This document shows positions 30,517 to 40,452 of a DNA stretch of 64,000 bases, piece after piece. How positions within the stretch are numbered: position 1 is the first letter of the stretch; each line of letters starts with the position of its first letter. The notes under the pieces are model-generated. The model worked only from the letters and a program-made list of their open reading frames with translations. It was not told the DNA's origin and made no database searches. Location: the NCBI GenBank assembly GCA_965225945.1, contig CBDDBZ010000020.1, forward strand, positions 32,001-96,000. The letters are read 5' to 3'. The DNA comes from Alphaproteobacteria bacterium (GTDB lineage Bacteria > Pseudomonadota > Alphaproteobacteria > GCA-2731375). The translations under genes were made by a program, and so were the position numbers.

Positions 30517-31218
30517 TCAGACGTTGATATCGAGGCGGGAAGCCAGCTCGATCCCCGCCGTGGTCATCATACAGGAATAGCAAAGTGCCTCAACGCCGCG
30601 GCCGCGCGCCTCCTCGAAGCTTCGGGCATACTCGGGGTCGATGTCACCGGCGAGCGCGAAGCGCCGGCAATCCGCGCGCTGCACCAGATAGAACATCACC
30701 GCGCGCCCGCCGACATCCACGACATCCGCCAACTCCGCCAAATGCTTGGCGCCGCGCAAAGTGACGGAATCGGGAAACTCCGCCAGCTCCGGCGCGCGCC
30801 TGAGGTGAACGTTCTTCACCTCGACATAGCAGGCCGGCAGCACCTCGTCCTCCAGCAGGATATCGATCCGGCTGTTCCGTCCGTAGCGCACTTCTCGACG
30901 GAGATGCGCGTAGCCAGCGAGCTCCGGCACCCGGGCGATCCCGATCGCCTCGGCGACGATCCCGTTTGGATGCGCGGTATTGATGCCCACCAAGCCGCCG
31001 TCGGCGCTGATCAGCTCGAGCGTGTATTTCAGCTTGCGCTTCGGGTTTCGCGCCGGCGATAGCCAGACGTCGGAGCCGGGCTCGACCAGGCCCAGCATCG
31101 AGCCGGGATTGGCGCAATGGGCGGTGACGATCTCGCCGTCGGCCAGTTCCACGTCGGCGAGAAAGCGCTTGTAACGCCGGACCAGGCGTCCAGGCACGAG
31201 GGGATCGGGAAATCGCAC
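30517..31218 (-). CDS. sfsA: DNA/RNA nuclease SfsA
   Basis: [38 protein letters not shown]. Confidence 0.93.
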   Translation of the reverse strand: MRFPDPLVPGRLVRRYKRFLADVELADGEIVTAHCANPGSMLGLVEPGSDVWLSPARNPKRKLKYTLELISADGGLVGINTAHPNGIVAEAIGIARVPELAGYAHLRREVRYGRNSRIDILLEDEVLPACYVEVKNVHLRRAPELAEFPDSVTLRGAKHLAELADVVDVGGRAVMFYLVQRADCRRFALAGDIDPEYARSFEEARGRGVEALCYSCMMTTAGIELASRLDINV

Positions 31219-31248
31219 CGTGGCCTTGCCCAAATCCGCCGCTGACGC

Positions 31249-31398
31249 CTAAAAGAGCGTGTAGATGAACGGCGCCACCGCGGAGCCTTCAGCGAAGACG
31301 ATCAGGCCGCCCAGGATCAGCGTCATGATGACGATGGGCAACAGCCAATATTTCTTGCGCATCCGCATGAACGCCCAAAACTCGACCAGGAACGCCAT
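31249..31398 (-). CDS. DUF5989/SxtK-like 49-aa membrane peptide (absent from the ORF track)
   Basis: Translates as MAFLVEFWAFMRMRKKYWLLPIVIMTLILGGLIVFAEGSAVAPFIYTLF*. Confidence 0.85.
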   Translation of the reverse strand: MAFLVEFWAFMRMRKKYWLLPIVIMTLILGGLIVFAEGSAVAPFIYTLF

Positions 31399-31442
31399 GA
31401 CGCCACGCCTTCTCCGCGATTGTTGTCGGCTCGGCGGCTGGT

Positions 31443-31770
31443 TTACTGCGTGAAGGCATTCTTGCCAAGCCTCTTCGCCACCGCTTCGGCGATCAGCTCA
31501 TGGCCATGCGGATCGGGGTGACCGTCACCGTCGCCGAAATAGGGCTGGCGCGAGGTGGCGGCCGAGCTCCGCGCGCAGCCGCCGTCCCGTGCTCGCCTGG
31601 CGTTCCAGATCGACGTGGGATTGCCGATTCGCGATACGGGGAAGGAACACACTCTCCTTCGTCGGGACCAGCAAGAGCAGAAAGCCCACCCCGCGCCGTG
31701 CCAGCCGGCGCGCCATTTCGACCAGCGCGCGCTTGATCGCCTCGATGTCGGCGCGAATGCAGGGGTGCGC
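31443..31770 (-). pseudogene. C-terminal remnant of an SGNH/AlgJ-like hydrolase (frameshifted)
   Basis: GVGFLLLLVPTKESV in one frame; YFGDGDGHPDPHGHELIAEAVA (DxH motif) in another. Confidence 0.55.
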
Positions 31771-31774
31771 GGCT

Positions 31775-32200
31775 TCAGCCGAGCGCCGCGCGAATGGTCT
31801 CGGCGTGCGCCGCGATCCGGTCCATGTCGCCCGCTTCAATGCCCCAGTTCAGCATCGCGCCATCGTCCTCGGCGCGGGGGAACACGTGGATGTGGAAATG
31901 GAAGACGCTTTGTCCGGCGCCCGCTCCGTTGGCCTGGACGAGGTTGATGCCGTCGGGCGCGAGGCATTCCGCGATGGCCCGGGCGATCCGCTTGGCGGCG
32001 GCGATGCAGGCGGCGAGGTCGGCGTCGTCGGCCGCGTAGAGATTTTCCGCGTGCGCCTTGGTGATCACCAGGCAGTGGCCGTCGTTGAAGGGGTTGATGT
32101 CCATGAAGCACAGCACGCGATCGTCCTCGTGGATCTTGAAACAGGGAATCTCGCCGGCGACGATCTTGCAGAAGATGCAGTCGCTCTCGTGATCGGTCAT
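31775..32200 (-). CDS. HIT family protein
   Basis: DCIFCKIVAGEIP, GQSVFHFHIHVFPR. Confidence 0.93.
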   Translation of the reverse strand: MTDHESDCIFCKIVAGEIPCFKIHEDDRVLCFMDINPFNDGHCLVITKAHAENLYAADDADLAACIAAAKRIARAIAECLAPDGINLVQANGAGAGQSVFHFHIHVFPRAEDDGAMLNWGIEAGDMDRIAAHAETIRAALG

Positions 32201-32332
32201 CGTCTCCTCCCATGGGGCAGTTGCTCGCGTCCGGGACAAGCTATGCCACGAGCTGGCGCTCGCGTTAGCCATCGCGGAGGTGATTTGGCTCGGGCCTGAG
32301 CATCGCGTAATGTCATCCCAGAGGTATACGAT

Positions 32333-32749
32333 TTGCCCGAAGCCTTGATCTGGATCGTGTTCGCGAGTTTCGTCGTCGCGCCGATCCTCGCCGCCGCCAT
32401 GCTCGGTCTGTTGGGGCGCGGCATGAATCGGCGGCGCGACGCCATCGCCGAGTGGCACAACCGCGGCATGGCGCAGCGACCGCCGGCGACGCTTCGCGAC
32501 CTCTCGCGCATGGCCGAGTTCGACCGCCGTCACCGCCGCTGTCTCGTCTGGTGCTGGAGTGGTTGGATCGTGGGCGCGGTCATGGTCGCGCTCTCGCTTC
32601 CGTTGAGCGGTATCGCCATCGCCACGCTGACCTCGATATGGGCCCGCCGCGCTCATCTGCGCTGCCCGGAATGCGATACCTCGCCGGGCTTTCGCGGGCT
32701 CGAGTGGGGCTGGGGCTGTCGCGGGTGCGGGGCCAAGCTCCGGCCCTGA
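32333..32749 (+). CDS. Hypothetical membrane protein with a C-terminal Zn-ribbon
   Basis: TM segments plus CPEC...CRGCG. Confidence 0.55.
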   Translation: MPEALIWIVFASFVVAPILAAAMLGLLGRGMNRRRDAIAEWHNRGMAQRPPATLRDLSRMAEFDRRHRRCLVWCWSGWIVGAVMVALSLPLSGIAIATLTSIWARRAHLRCPECDTSPGFRGLEWGWGCRGCGAKLRP

Positions 32750-32758
32750 ATCCCTCGT

Positions 32759-33961
32759 TCAATCCCGCTCCAAGCGACGGATCGCCAACGCCAGGACGAT
32801 CGACATCGCGCTCGCCACGATGAAAAGGCTGCTCGCGCGTTGCCAGTCGCCGGCCTCGCCCACCAGCCAGGCGAGGATCGGGGGTCCGAGCAGACTGCCG
32901 CATTGGGCCGCCTGCATGACCACGCCGTTGCTGGCCGAGACGTCGCCGGCGCTGGGCGCGTGGCGCACCGCGCCGGTCAACGCGGCGGCGGGTGTCACGC
33001 CGTTGATCAGGCTGTAGAGGAAGGCGGCGAGGATCTTCCACGCATCGTCGACCGCGTCGGAATAGATCACGCTTCCGGCGATGGCCGCGGTGATCGCGGC
33101 GAGCGCGATCAGCCGCCAACCCGGCACGCCGCGCCGCAACAGCCAGGCGCCGCCGAGATTGCCGCCGACGTTGATCATCACCACCATCGCCGTGACGAAG
33201 GCGGCGAACTCGGCGCCGTGGCCCAGGCGCTCGATCAACAAGGTCGGCAGCCAGGCCATGATCGCGAACCATTGCAGGGTGTAGAGCGCGAAGCAGAAGC
33301 CGAGCAGCCACGGTCCCGGCACTCGGAGGACGGCGAGGATGGCGGCGCGGTCGCGTCGGGGTCCGCGCACCGCGCCCGCCGGCCATCGCGCCCTTGTCGT
33401 CAGCGCCACGAACAGGGCGGCGTAGGCGGCGGCGAGGAGGGCATTGGCGAGCCAGAGGCCGCGCCAGCCGACGGCGGCGAGGACCAGGGGCGCCGCCAGC
33501 AGCATGAGCGAGACGCCGGCCGGCAGATAGGCGCTCCACAGGCCGATGGCGAGGTTGCGGTCGTCGGCTCGAGTGGCACGGACGATCTGCGCCGGCGCGG
33601 CGACGACCACGGCGACGAAGCCGAGGCTTTCCAGCAGGCGGGCGGCGAGCAGCGGCGCGATGCCCTGGGCGATGCCGCCGAGCGCACCACCGGCGGCCAT
33701 CGCGCCCAAGGCGGCGAGCAATGTCGATCTCGGTCCGACCCGGTCCGCCGCCAGGCCGAAGGCGATGCCGAGGCCGGCAGCCACCAGGTTCAGCAGCGAG
33801 GCGAGCCAGCCGCCGGTCACCATCGAGACACCCAACTCGGCCCTGAGCGCCGGTAGCGCCGGTGGCACCTTGCCGAACTGGAAGGCGGCGATCAGGCCGA
33901 CGCCGAGCGCCAGCGCCACGATGTCCCAACGGGTCTCGGGTGGCGCCGGCGGGGCGGTCAC
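32759..33961 (-). CDS. MFS transporter (CynX-like)
   Basis: About 12 TM helices; GLAADRVGPR MFS motif A. Confidence 0.85.
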   Translation of the reverse strand: MTAPPAPPETRWDIVALALGVGLIAAFQFGKVPPALPALRAELGVSMVTGGWLASLLNLVAAGLGIAFGLAADRVGPRSTLLAALGAMAAGGALGGIAQGIAPLLAARLLESLGFVAVVVAAPAQIVRATRADDRNLAIGLWSAYLPAGVSLMLLAAPLVLAAVGWRGLWLANALLAAAYAALFVALTTRARWPAGAVRGPRRDRAAILAVLRVPGPWLLGFCFALYTLQWFAIMAWLPTLLIERLGHGAEFAAFVTAMVVMINVGGNLGGAWLLRRGVPGWRLIALAAITAAIAGSVIYSDAVDDAWKILAAFLYSLINGVTPAAALTGAVRHAPSAGDVSASNGVVMQAAQCGSLLGPPILAWLVGEAGDWQRASSLFIVASAMSIVLALAIRRLERD

Positions 33962-34301
33962 GAATTGCCTGCCCCCTGGTCGGGTGGCCGCCGCTCGGCA
34001 AGGGCGAGTTGGCCGTCGGTCGCGTCCGGCTCCCTCGTCGCATATCGGTGGACGTAGTCGCGTTCCCCTATCTGGCCGTCGTGCGGGCTCATGGTCGCGG
34101 GCTTCCGTTCCAGGGCTCTGGTCACTAGCCTTACCGAACTCGGCGCGACGTTCGCAACCCGGGCGCGCCGGAGGAGGGGAGTCGCACGCCATGCAGGGCC
34201 TCGGCGAGATACTGCCCGCCTCCCGTGTCGCGGCGATGCGGCGGGCTGGTGGCGAGAGCGGGCGCGGGCGCTCGCATCGGAAGCTGTGATGGAGTGAGGC
34301 G

Positions 34302-34799
34302 ATGAACGACGACATGGCGGCCCGGCTGGCGGCGCTGGAAGCGAAGGTGGGGGAGCTCGACGACATCGAGCAAATCCGTCGTCTCCGCAACGACTACCAC
34401 CAGGCGATCAACGAGGGACGCTACGACGAGATCCCGGCGATGTGGACCGAGGACGGCAGCCTCGATTTTAACTATATCGGCAAGGCCCAGGGGCGCGAGA
34501 CGATCCACAAGTTCTTCGCCGCGACGCCCAAGGTGCTGCCCTTCATCAAGCAGTTCATCCACAATCATGTCGTCGATCTCGACGGCGACCGGGCCAAGGG
34601 CTACAGCTACATGGAGGCGCGCACCGTCAACAAGGGCGAAGCCTATATGGTCGCCGGCCGCTACGACGACGACTATGTGCGCCAGGGCGGTGTGTGGAAA
34701 TTCAGCCACATGAACTTCCTCGCCTACTTCACCGTGCCGTTCAATGAAGGCTGGGCGCAGGAGGACCTCTTGAAGATGAACCGTCGCGACCCGAATTAG
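34302..34799 (+). CDS. NTF2/SnoaL-like (LinA-like) protein
   Basis: LDDIEQIRRL..Y, HNHVVDLDGDRA, GRYDDDYVRQGGVWKF. Confidence 0.8.
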   Translation: MNDDMAARLAALEAKVGELDDIEQIRRLRNDYHQAINEGRYDEIPAMWTEDGSLDFNYIGKAQGRETIHKFFAATPKVLPFIKQFIHNHVVDLDGDRAKGYSYMEARTVNKGEAYMVAGRYDDDYVRQGGVWKFSHMNFLAYFTVPFNEGWAQEDLLKMNRRDPN

Positions 34800-34871
34800 G
34801 GAGGTGGGCATGGGCAGGCCGCGCGAGGAAACGGCGTGGCGCGCGATGGTTAGGCGTGCCGGAGTGCCCTG

Positions 34872-37800
34872 GTGACCGATAGTCAATTCGAGCTTCTGCG
34901 AAGCCGCCGATTCCTGCCACTCTTCGTGACGCAGTTCCTCGGCGCGTTCAACGACAACGCGTTCAAGAACGCGCTGATCATCCTGGTGACCTTCCGGGGT
35001 GCCGATGCGCTCGGTCTCGACGCCGGCATCATGGTGGCGTTGGCCGCCGGGATCTTCATCCTGCCGTTCTTCCTCTGCTCCGCGACCGCGGGCCAACTCG
35101 CCGACAAGCACGAGAAGGCGAAGCTGATTCGCATCATCAAATTCGCCGAAATCGTCGCCATGGCGTTGGCGGTCGTCGGCCTCTTCCGCCAGGACGTCTG
35201 GATGCTGATGGGCGTGCTCTTCCTGATGGGGACGCAGTCCGCCTTCTTCGGCCCGCTCAAGTACGCGATCCTGCCCGACCACGTGGCACGCGAGCGTCTG
35301 CTCGCCGCCAACGGTCTGATCGAAGCCGCGACCTTCATCGCCATCCTGCTCGGCACCATCGCCGGCGGCGTGCTGATCTTGCTTGCCCAGGGCACGCTCT
35401 ACATCTCGGTCCTGGTGGTGGGGCTTGCGGTTCTGGGCTTCGTCGCGAGTTGCTTCATCCCGAGCGCCGGCCCGGCGATCCCCGACCTCGCGATCAACCC
35501 CAACTTCCCCGCCGAAATCGGCAACATCATCGGCCACGCGCGGACCCGCCGCGAGGTCTTCCTCTCGATCATGGGAATTTCATGGTTCTGGCTGGTGGGC
35601 GCCGTCTATCTCGCCGAGTTGCCGACCTACGCCAAGGACGTGCTGGGTGCCAACGAGCACGTCGTGACGCTCTTCCTCGCGACCTTCGCGATCGGCATCG
35701 CCGTCGGCTCGGTGCTCTGCAACCGGGCACTGCGCGGCGATATCAGCGCCAAGTTCGTGCCCGTGGGCGCGATCGCAATGACCGTCTTCGCCCTCGATCT
35801 GGTAGCGGCCAGCACCGGCGTCCCGACCCCCGCCGGTGGTGCGGCGATGAGCATCGGCCACATCATCACGAGTTTCGCGGGCGTGCGGATCCTCGTCGAT
35901 CTCTTCCTGATGGCGCTGGCGGGCGGCTTCTATACGGTACCGCTCTACGTCATCCTGCAAGCGGCGAGCAGCGCCGAACACCGGGCGCGCAACATCGCCG
36001 CCAACAACATCCTGAACGCCCTCTTCATGGTTTTGGGTGCCGGCGCGACGATCGTGCTGCTCGCCCTCGGCAGCTCGGTACCGGACATCTTCCTCTATAT
36101 CGCGATCCTGAACGCAGCTGTCGCCGCCTATATTTGCAAACTGCTGCCGCGCGAGGTGGTGAACGCGGTGGCCAGGTGGATCCTCGGGCTGCTGTACCGG
36201 GTCGAGGTCCGGGGCGAGGCGAATTTCCGCGCGGCCGGAAACCGCGTGGTCATCGTCGCCAACCACACCAGCTACCTCGACGGCGCCTTGCTCTGCGCCT
36301 ATCTGCCGCGCACGCCGACCTTCGCCATCAACAGCCATGTCGCGAGCAAGTGGTGGGCCAAGCCCGCGTTCCTGCTGTTCGAACTGTTGCCGCTCGATCC
36401 CACCAACCCGATGGCGGCGAAGACCCTGGTAGGGGCGGTGAAGGCGGGGAAACGCTGTCTGATATTCCCGGAAGGGCGGATCACGACCACCGGCTCTTTG
36501 ATGAAGGTCTACGAAGGGCCGGGCACGATCGCCGATCTGGCCGGCGCCAAGATTCTGCCGATCCGCATCGAGGGCGCGCAGTACACACCCTTCTCGCGGC
36601 TCGGCGACAAGCTTCGGCTGCGCTGGTTCCCGCGCATCACGCTCACCATCCTGGAGCCCCGAGCGCTGGAGGCGCCGGCGGAGCTCAAGGGGCGGGCCAG
36701 GCGACGCCTGCTGGGCGAACAGCTCTACGACATCATGGCGAGCATGATGTTCCTGACCGCCGACACCGAGCGGACGCTGTTCCAGGCGCTCTGCGACGCG
36801 CGCGCGATGCATGGTGGGTCCAAGACGGTGCTGGAGGATGTCGAGCGCATTCCCGTCAGCTACCGCCGATTGATCCTGGGCGCGCTCGTGCTGGGCCGCC
36901 GGCTCGCCCGCTCGTCCAAGGTCGGCGATCATGTCGCCCTGATGTTGCCCAACGCCAACGGCGCCGTGGTGGCCTTCTTCGCGTTTCAGGCCTTCGGCCG
37001 GATCCCGGCGATGCTGAACTATACGGCGGGCGTCGACAACATACGGTCCGCCTGCCGCGCGGCTCGCGCCGAAACGGTGCTCACCTCGCGTCGCTTCGTG
37101 GAGCTGGCCAAGCTGGAAGATGTGATAGCCGGCCTGGAGGCGGAGGCGAAGGTTACCTACCTGGAGGACATCGGGGCCGAGATCTCCATCCTGGACAAGC
37201 TCTTCGGCCTGGCCGTCCGGCCGGTGGCGCGCTTCGTCGCCGGGCTCCTTTCCGAGCGCGCGACACCGAGTGACCCCGCCGCGGTGCTCTTCACCTCGGG
37301 CTCCGAGGGCAAGCCGAAAGGCGTCGTGCTCAGCCACCGCAACCTGCTCTCCAACCATTACCAGCTTTCCGCCCGCGTCGATTTCAACCCCACGGACAAG
37401 GTCTTCAACGCGCTGCCGCTGTTTCATTCCGTCGGGCTGTCGAGCGGACTGCTGTTGCCGGTGCTCTCGGGCGTCGAGGTCTTCCTCTATCCCTCGCCGC
37501 TGCATTACCGCATCGTGCCGGAGCTGTTCTACGACACCAACGCCACCATCCTCTTCGGCACCGATACCTTCCTCGCCGGCTACGCGCGCGCGGCCCACCC
37601 CTACGACTTTTATAATCTACGCCACGTCTTCGCCGGCGCGGAGAAATTGCGGGCCGAAACCCGGCGGGCCTGGGCCGAGAAGTTTGGCAAGCGGATCCTC
37701 GAGGGCTATGGCGCCACCGAGACCTCGCCCGTCATCTCCACCAACACGGCGATGCACTACCGCGCCGGAACGGTCGGTCGGCTCTTGCCCGAGATCGAGG

Positions 37801-38303
37801 CGGAACTGGAACCGGTACCGGGGATCGAGGTCGGCAGCCGTCTCTTCGTCTCCGGCCCCAACGTGATGCTCGGCTATCTGCGTGAGGGCGGCTTCGGCCG
37901 TATCGAGGCGCCGCACGAGGGCTGGTACGACACCGGCGACATCGTCGAGATCGACAGCGACGGCTTCATCACCATTGTCGGGCGGGTCAAGCGCTTCGCC
38001 AAGATCGGTGGCGAGATGGTCTCGCTGACCCAGGTCGAGCAGCGCGCGGCGGAGCTCTGGCCCGAGACCCGGCACGCGGCGGTCGCGCTGCCGGACCCGA
38101 GGCGAGGGGAGCAGATCATCCTGCTGACCGAACAGCTCGATGCCGAGCGCGCCGATATCCAGGCCCACATGCAGGGCATGGGCGATGCCGAGATCACGAT
38201 TCCCCGAGCCGTGGTGAAGCTGGCGGAACTGCCGCTCCATGGTAGCGGCAAGGTCGACTATGTGACGAGCGAGACGCTCGCCGGCGCGGCGCTCGCGGAC
38301 TGA
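34872..38303 (+). CDS. aas: Acyl-[ACP]-phospholipid O-acyltransferase (LplT-type MFS + PlsC + AMP-binding fusion)
   Basis: TQFLGAFNDN, NHTSYLD, FPEGRIT, FTSGSEGKPKG, GYGATE, YDTGD. Confidence 0.9.
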   Translation: MTDSQFELLRSRRFLPLFVTQFLGAFNDNAFKNALIILVTFRGADALGLDAGIMVALAAGIFILPFFLCSATAGQLADKHEKAKLIRIIKFAEIVAMALAVVGLFRQDVWMLMGVLFLMGTQSAFFGPLKYAILPDHVARERLLAANGLIEAATFIAILLGTIAGGVLILLAQGTLYISVLVVGLAVLGFVASCFIPSAGPAIPDLAINPNFPAEIGNIIGHARTRREVFLSIMGISWFWLVGAVYLAELPTYAKDVLGANEHVVTLFLATFAIGIAVGSVLCNRALRGDISAKFVPVGAIAMTVFALDLVAASTGVPTPAGGAAMSIGHIITSFAGVRILVDLFLMALAGGFYTVPLYVILQAASSAEHRARNIAANNILNALFMVLGAGATIVLLALGSSVPDIFLYIAILNAAVAAYICKLLPREVVNAVARWILGLLYRVEVRGEANFRAAGNRVVIVANHTSYLDGALLCAYLPRTPTFAINSHVASKWWAKPAFLLFELLPLDPTNPMAAKTLVGAVKAGKRCLIFPEGRITTTGSLMKVYEGPGTIADLAGAKILPIRIEGAQYTPFSRLGDKLRLRWFPRITLTILEPRALEAPAELKGRARRRLLGEQLYDIMASMMFLTADTERTLFQALCDARAMHGGSKTVLEDVERIPVSYRRLILGALVLGRRLARSSKVGDHVALMLPNANGAVVAFFAFQAFGRIPAMLNYTAGVDNIRSACRAARAETVLTSRRFVELAKLEDVIAGLEAEAKVTYLEDIGAEISILDKLFGLAVRPVARFVAGLLSERATPSDPAAVLFTSGSEGKPKGVVLSHRNLLSNHYQLSARVDFNPTDKVFNALPLFHSVGLSSGLLLPVLSGVEVFLYPSPLHYRIVPELFYDTNATILFGTDTFLAGYARAAHPYDFYNLRHVFAGAEKLRAETRRAWAEKFGKRILEGYGATETSPVISTNTAMHYRAGTVGRLLPEIEAELEPVPGIEVGSRLFVSGPNVMLGYLREGGFGRIEAPHEGWYDTGDIVEIDSDGFITIVGRVKRFAKIGGEMVSLTQVEQRAAELWPETRHAAVALPDPRRGEQIILLTEQLDAERADIQAHMQGMGDAEITIPRAVVKLAELPLHGSGKVDYVTSETLAGAALAD

Positions 38304-38385
38304 GGTGCATGCTCCGTTTGGGTTGACAATTCCCGCCCGCCCGGAAAACATCGGGCCGCCCCCAACAGACAACGTGGAACGACGC

Positions 38386-40437
38386 ATGGCGGTGCATATC
38401 GGAGTGGATGTCGGCGGCACCTTCACCGACATCGCCATCGCCGTGGGGGAGGAGAATCGCCTCGTCCTCTATAAAACGCCCTCGACGCCAGATGAGCCCG
38501 ATCGGGCCATCGTCGAGGGCCTTTCCCGCGCGCTGGCGGAGAACGCCATAAGTGCGGCGGACGTCGTGCTGTTGGCGCACGGCACCACGGTCGGCACCAA
38601 CGCGCTTATCCAGCGCCGGGTCGGCAAGGTCGCGGTGGTGACGGGACGGGGCTATCGCGACCTTCTGGAAATCGGCCGGCAGATCCGCCCGAAGGTCTAC
38701 GACATGCACACCGACTTCCCCGACCCGCTGGTCCCGCGCAAGCTCCGGCTGGAGGTCGGAGAGCGGATGCGCGCCGACGGCATCGTCCACCGGCCGCTCG
38801 CCGAGGATGAAGTGCGCGAGGCCGGCGAATGGCTGCGGGCGGAGGGAGCGGACTGCGTCGTCGTCTGCTTCCTGCATTCCCATCTCTACCCCGCCAACGA
38901 GCGACGCGCGGCCGAGATCCTGCGCGAAGTCATGAGCGACACGACGCGTATCATCGCCTCCTCCGACGTGTACCCTGAGTTTCGTGAGTACGAGCGCTTC
39001 TCGACGGCGGTGCTGAACGGCGCCTTGCTGACCGTGATGGACGCCTATCTGGACCGTTTCACCCGGGCCGTCGGCGACCTCGGCATCGGAATCGAGCCGA
39101 CCGTCAGCCAGAGCGCGGGCGGCTTGATGTCGGTGGGCATGTCACGGGAATTTCCGGTCCGCTCGGCGCTCTCGGGCCCGGCGGCGGGTGTCATCGGGGC
39201 GGCCCAACGAGCCGGCCTGGCGGGCTTTGGCGATGTCATCACCCTCGATGTCGGCGGCACCAGCACCGACGTCAGTCTGCTTTCGGGCGGCGAGCCGTCG
39301 CTCGTCGGGAGCCGCCGGCTCGCCGGTTTCCCGTTGCGGCTACCGACGCTCGACGTCAACGCCGTCGGCGCCGGCGGCGGTTCGATCGCCTGGATCGACC
39401 GCGACGGCCTGTTGAAGGTGGGACCGGGGAGCGCCGGCGCCGATCCGGGCCCCGCCTGTTACGGCCGGGGTGGCGAGGCGGCGACGGTGACGGACGCCAA
39501 CGTACTGCTCGGACGCTTGCCGGGCGATTCGCTGCTCGACGGTCGGATGGCGATCCGCCGAGACCTCGCGGAAGCCGCGGTGGATGCACTGGCCGCGGCG
39601 CTCGGGCTCGAGCGGATGGAGACGGCGCACGGCATCGTCCGCGTCACCTCGGCCGTGATCGTCAAGGCGATCCGCACCATCTCCATCGAGCGGGGCTTTG
39701 ATCCGACCGGCTTCACCCTCTTCGCCTTCGGCGGCGCCGGGCCCTTGCACGCGATCGACGTCGCGCGCGAACTCGCCATCGAGCGGGTGGTGGTCCCGCC
39801 GAACCCGGGCATCCTCTGCGCCGAGGGACTGCTGGCCTCCGACCTGGCCGCGGATTTCATCCGTTTCGACCTGAACCGCTTCGACGCCGGCATCGTCGAT
39901 GGTCTGCGAGGCCGAATCGCCGAGTTGGAGGCTCAAGTCGCTGGCTGGGCCCGACGCGAGACGGTGGCCGACGGCGATCTCGCCGTCTCCTGGGGCGCCG
40001 ACATGCGCTACGTCGGACAGAACTTCGAGTTGACCATTCCCTTCGAGGCGGTGGACTTCGGCGCCGCCACGATCGCTCGGCTGGCCACTGACTTCCATCT
40101 GGCGCACGAACGCGCCTACGGCTTCGCCCAGGACGGCGAACCGATGGAGTTGGTCAGCGTCCGGGTGAGGGCGGTCGGCCGGTTGGAGAAGCCGCGCCTG
40201 CCGGAGCTGCCGAGGGGCGAGGCGCCGGGCGCACCCAGCGGCGAGCGACAAGTGATGTTCGAGGGGGCCGAATGGTCCACGGCCGCGATCTATCGCCGCG
40301 ACGCCCTGGTCCGCGATCAGCTGGTCGCGGGGCCGGCGGTGATCGAACAGATGGACTCCACGGTGCCGATCTCCCCCGGCGACCGGGCTCGAGTCGACGC
40401 CTGGGGCAACCTGAACATCGAGCGCGCGGCCGAGTGA
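38386..40437 (+). CDS. Hydantoinase A/oxoprolinase family protein
   Basis: DVGGTFTD, HGTTVGTNA, SGPAAG, DVGGTSTD, GAGGGSIA. Confidence 0.9.
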   Translation: MAVHIGVDVGGTFTDIAIAVGEENRLVLYKTPSTPDEPDRAIVEGLSRALAENAISAADVVLLAHGTTVGTNALIQRRVGKVAVVTGRGYRDLLEIGRQIRPKVYDMHTDFPDPLVPRKLRLEVGERMRADGIVHRPLAEDEVREAGEWLRAEGADCVVVCFLHSHLYPANERRAAEILREVMSDTTRIIASSDVYPEFREYERFSTAVLNGALLTVMDAYLDRFTRAVGDLGIGIEPTVSQSAGGLMSVGMSREFPVRSALSGPAAGVIGAAQRAGLAGFGDVITLDVGGTSTDVSLLSGGEPSLVGSRRLAGFPLRLPTLDVNAVGAGGGSIAWIDRDGLLKVGPGSAGADPGPACYGRGGEAATVTDANVLLGRLPGDSLLDGRMAIRRDLAEAAVDALAAALGLERMETAHGIVRVTSAVIVKAIRTISIERGFDPTGFTLFAFGGAGPLHAIDVARELAIERVVVPPNPGILCAEGLLASDLAADFIRFDLNRFDAGIVDGLRGRIAELEAQVAGWARRETVADGDLAVSWGADMRYVGQNFELTIPFEAVDFGAATIARLATDFHLAHERAYGFAQDGEPMELVSVRVRAVGRLEKPRLPELPRGEAPGAPSGERQVMFEGAEWSTAAIYRRDALVRDQLVAGPAVIEQMDSTVPISPGDRARVDAWGNLNIERAAE

Positions 40438-40452
40438 ACCGGCCGTCGGCCT

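Noticed and set aside
38386-40437. Second hydantoinase A lacking an adjacent B subunit as a novel system
   Set aside because: Dispersed paralogs of this family are common, and nothing else in the neighbourhood supports novelty.
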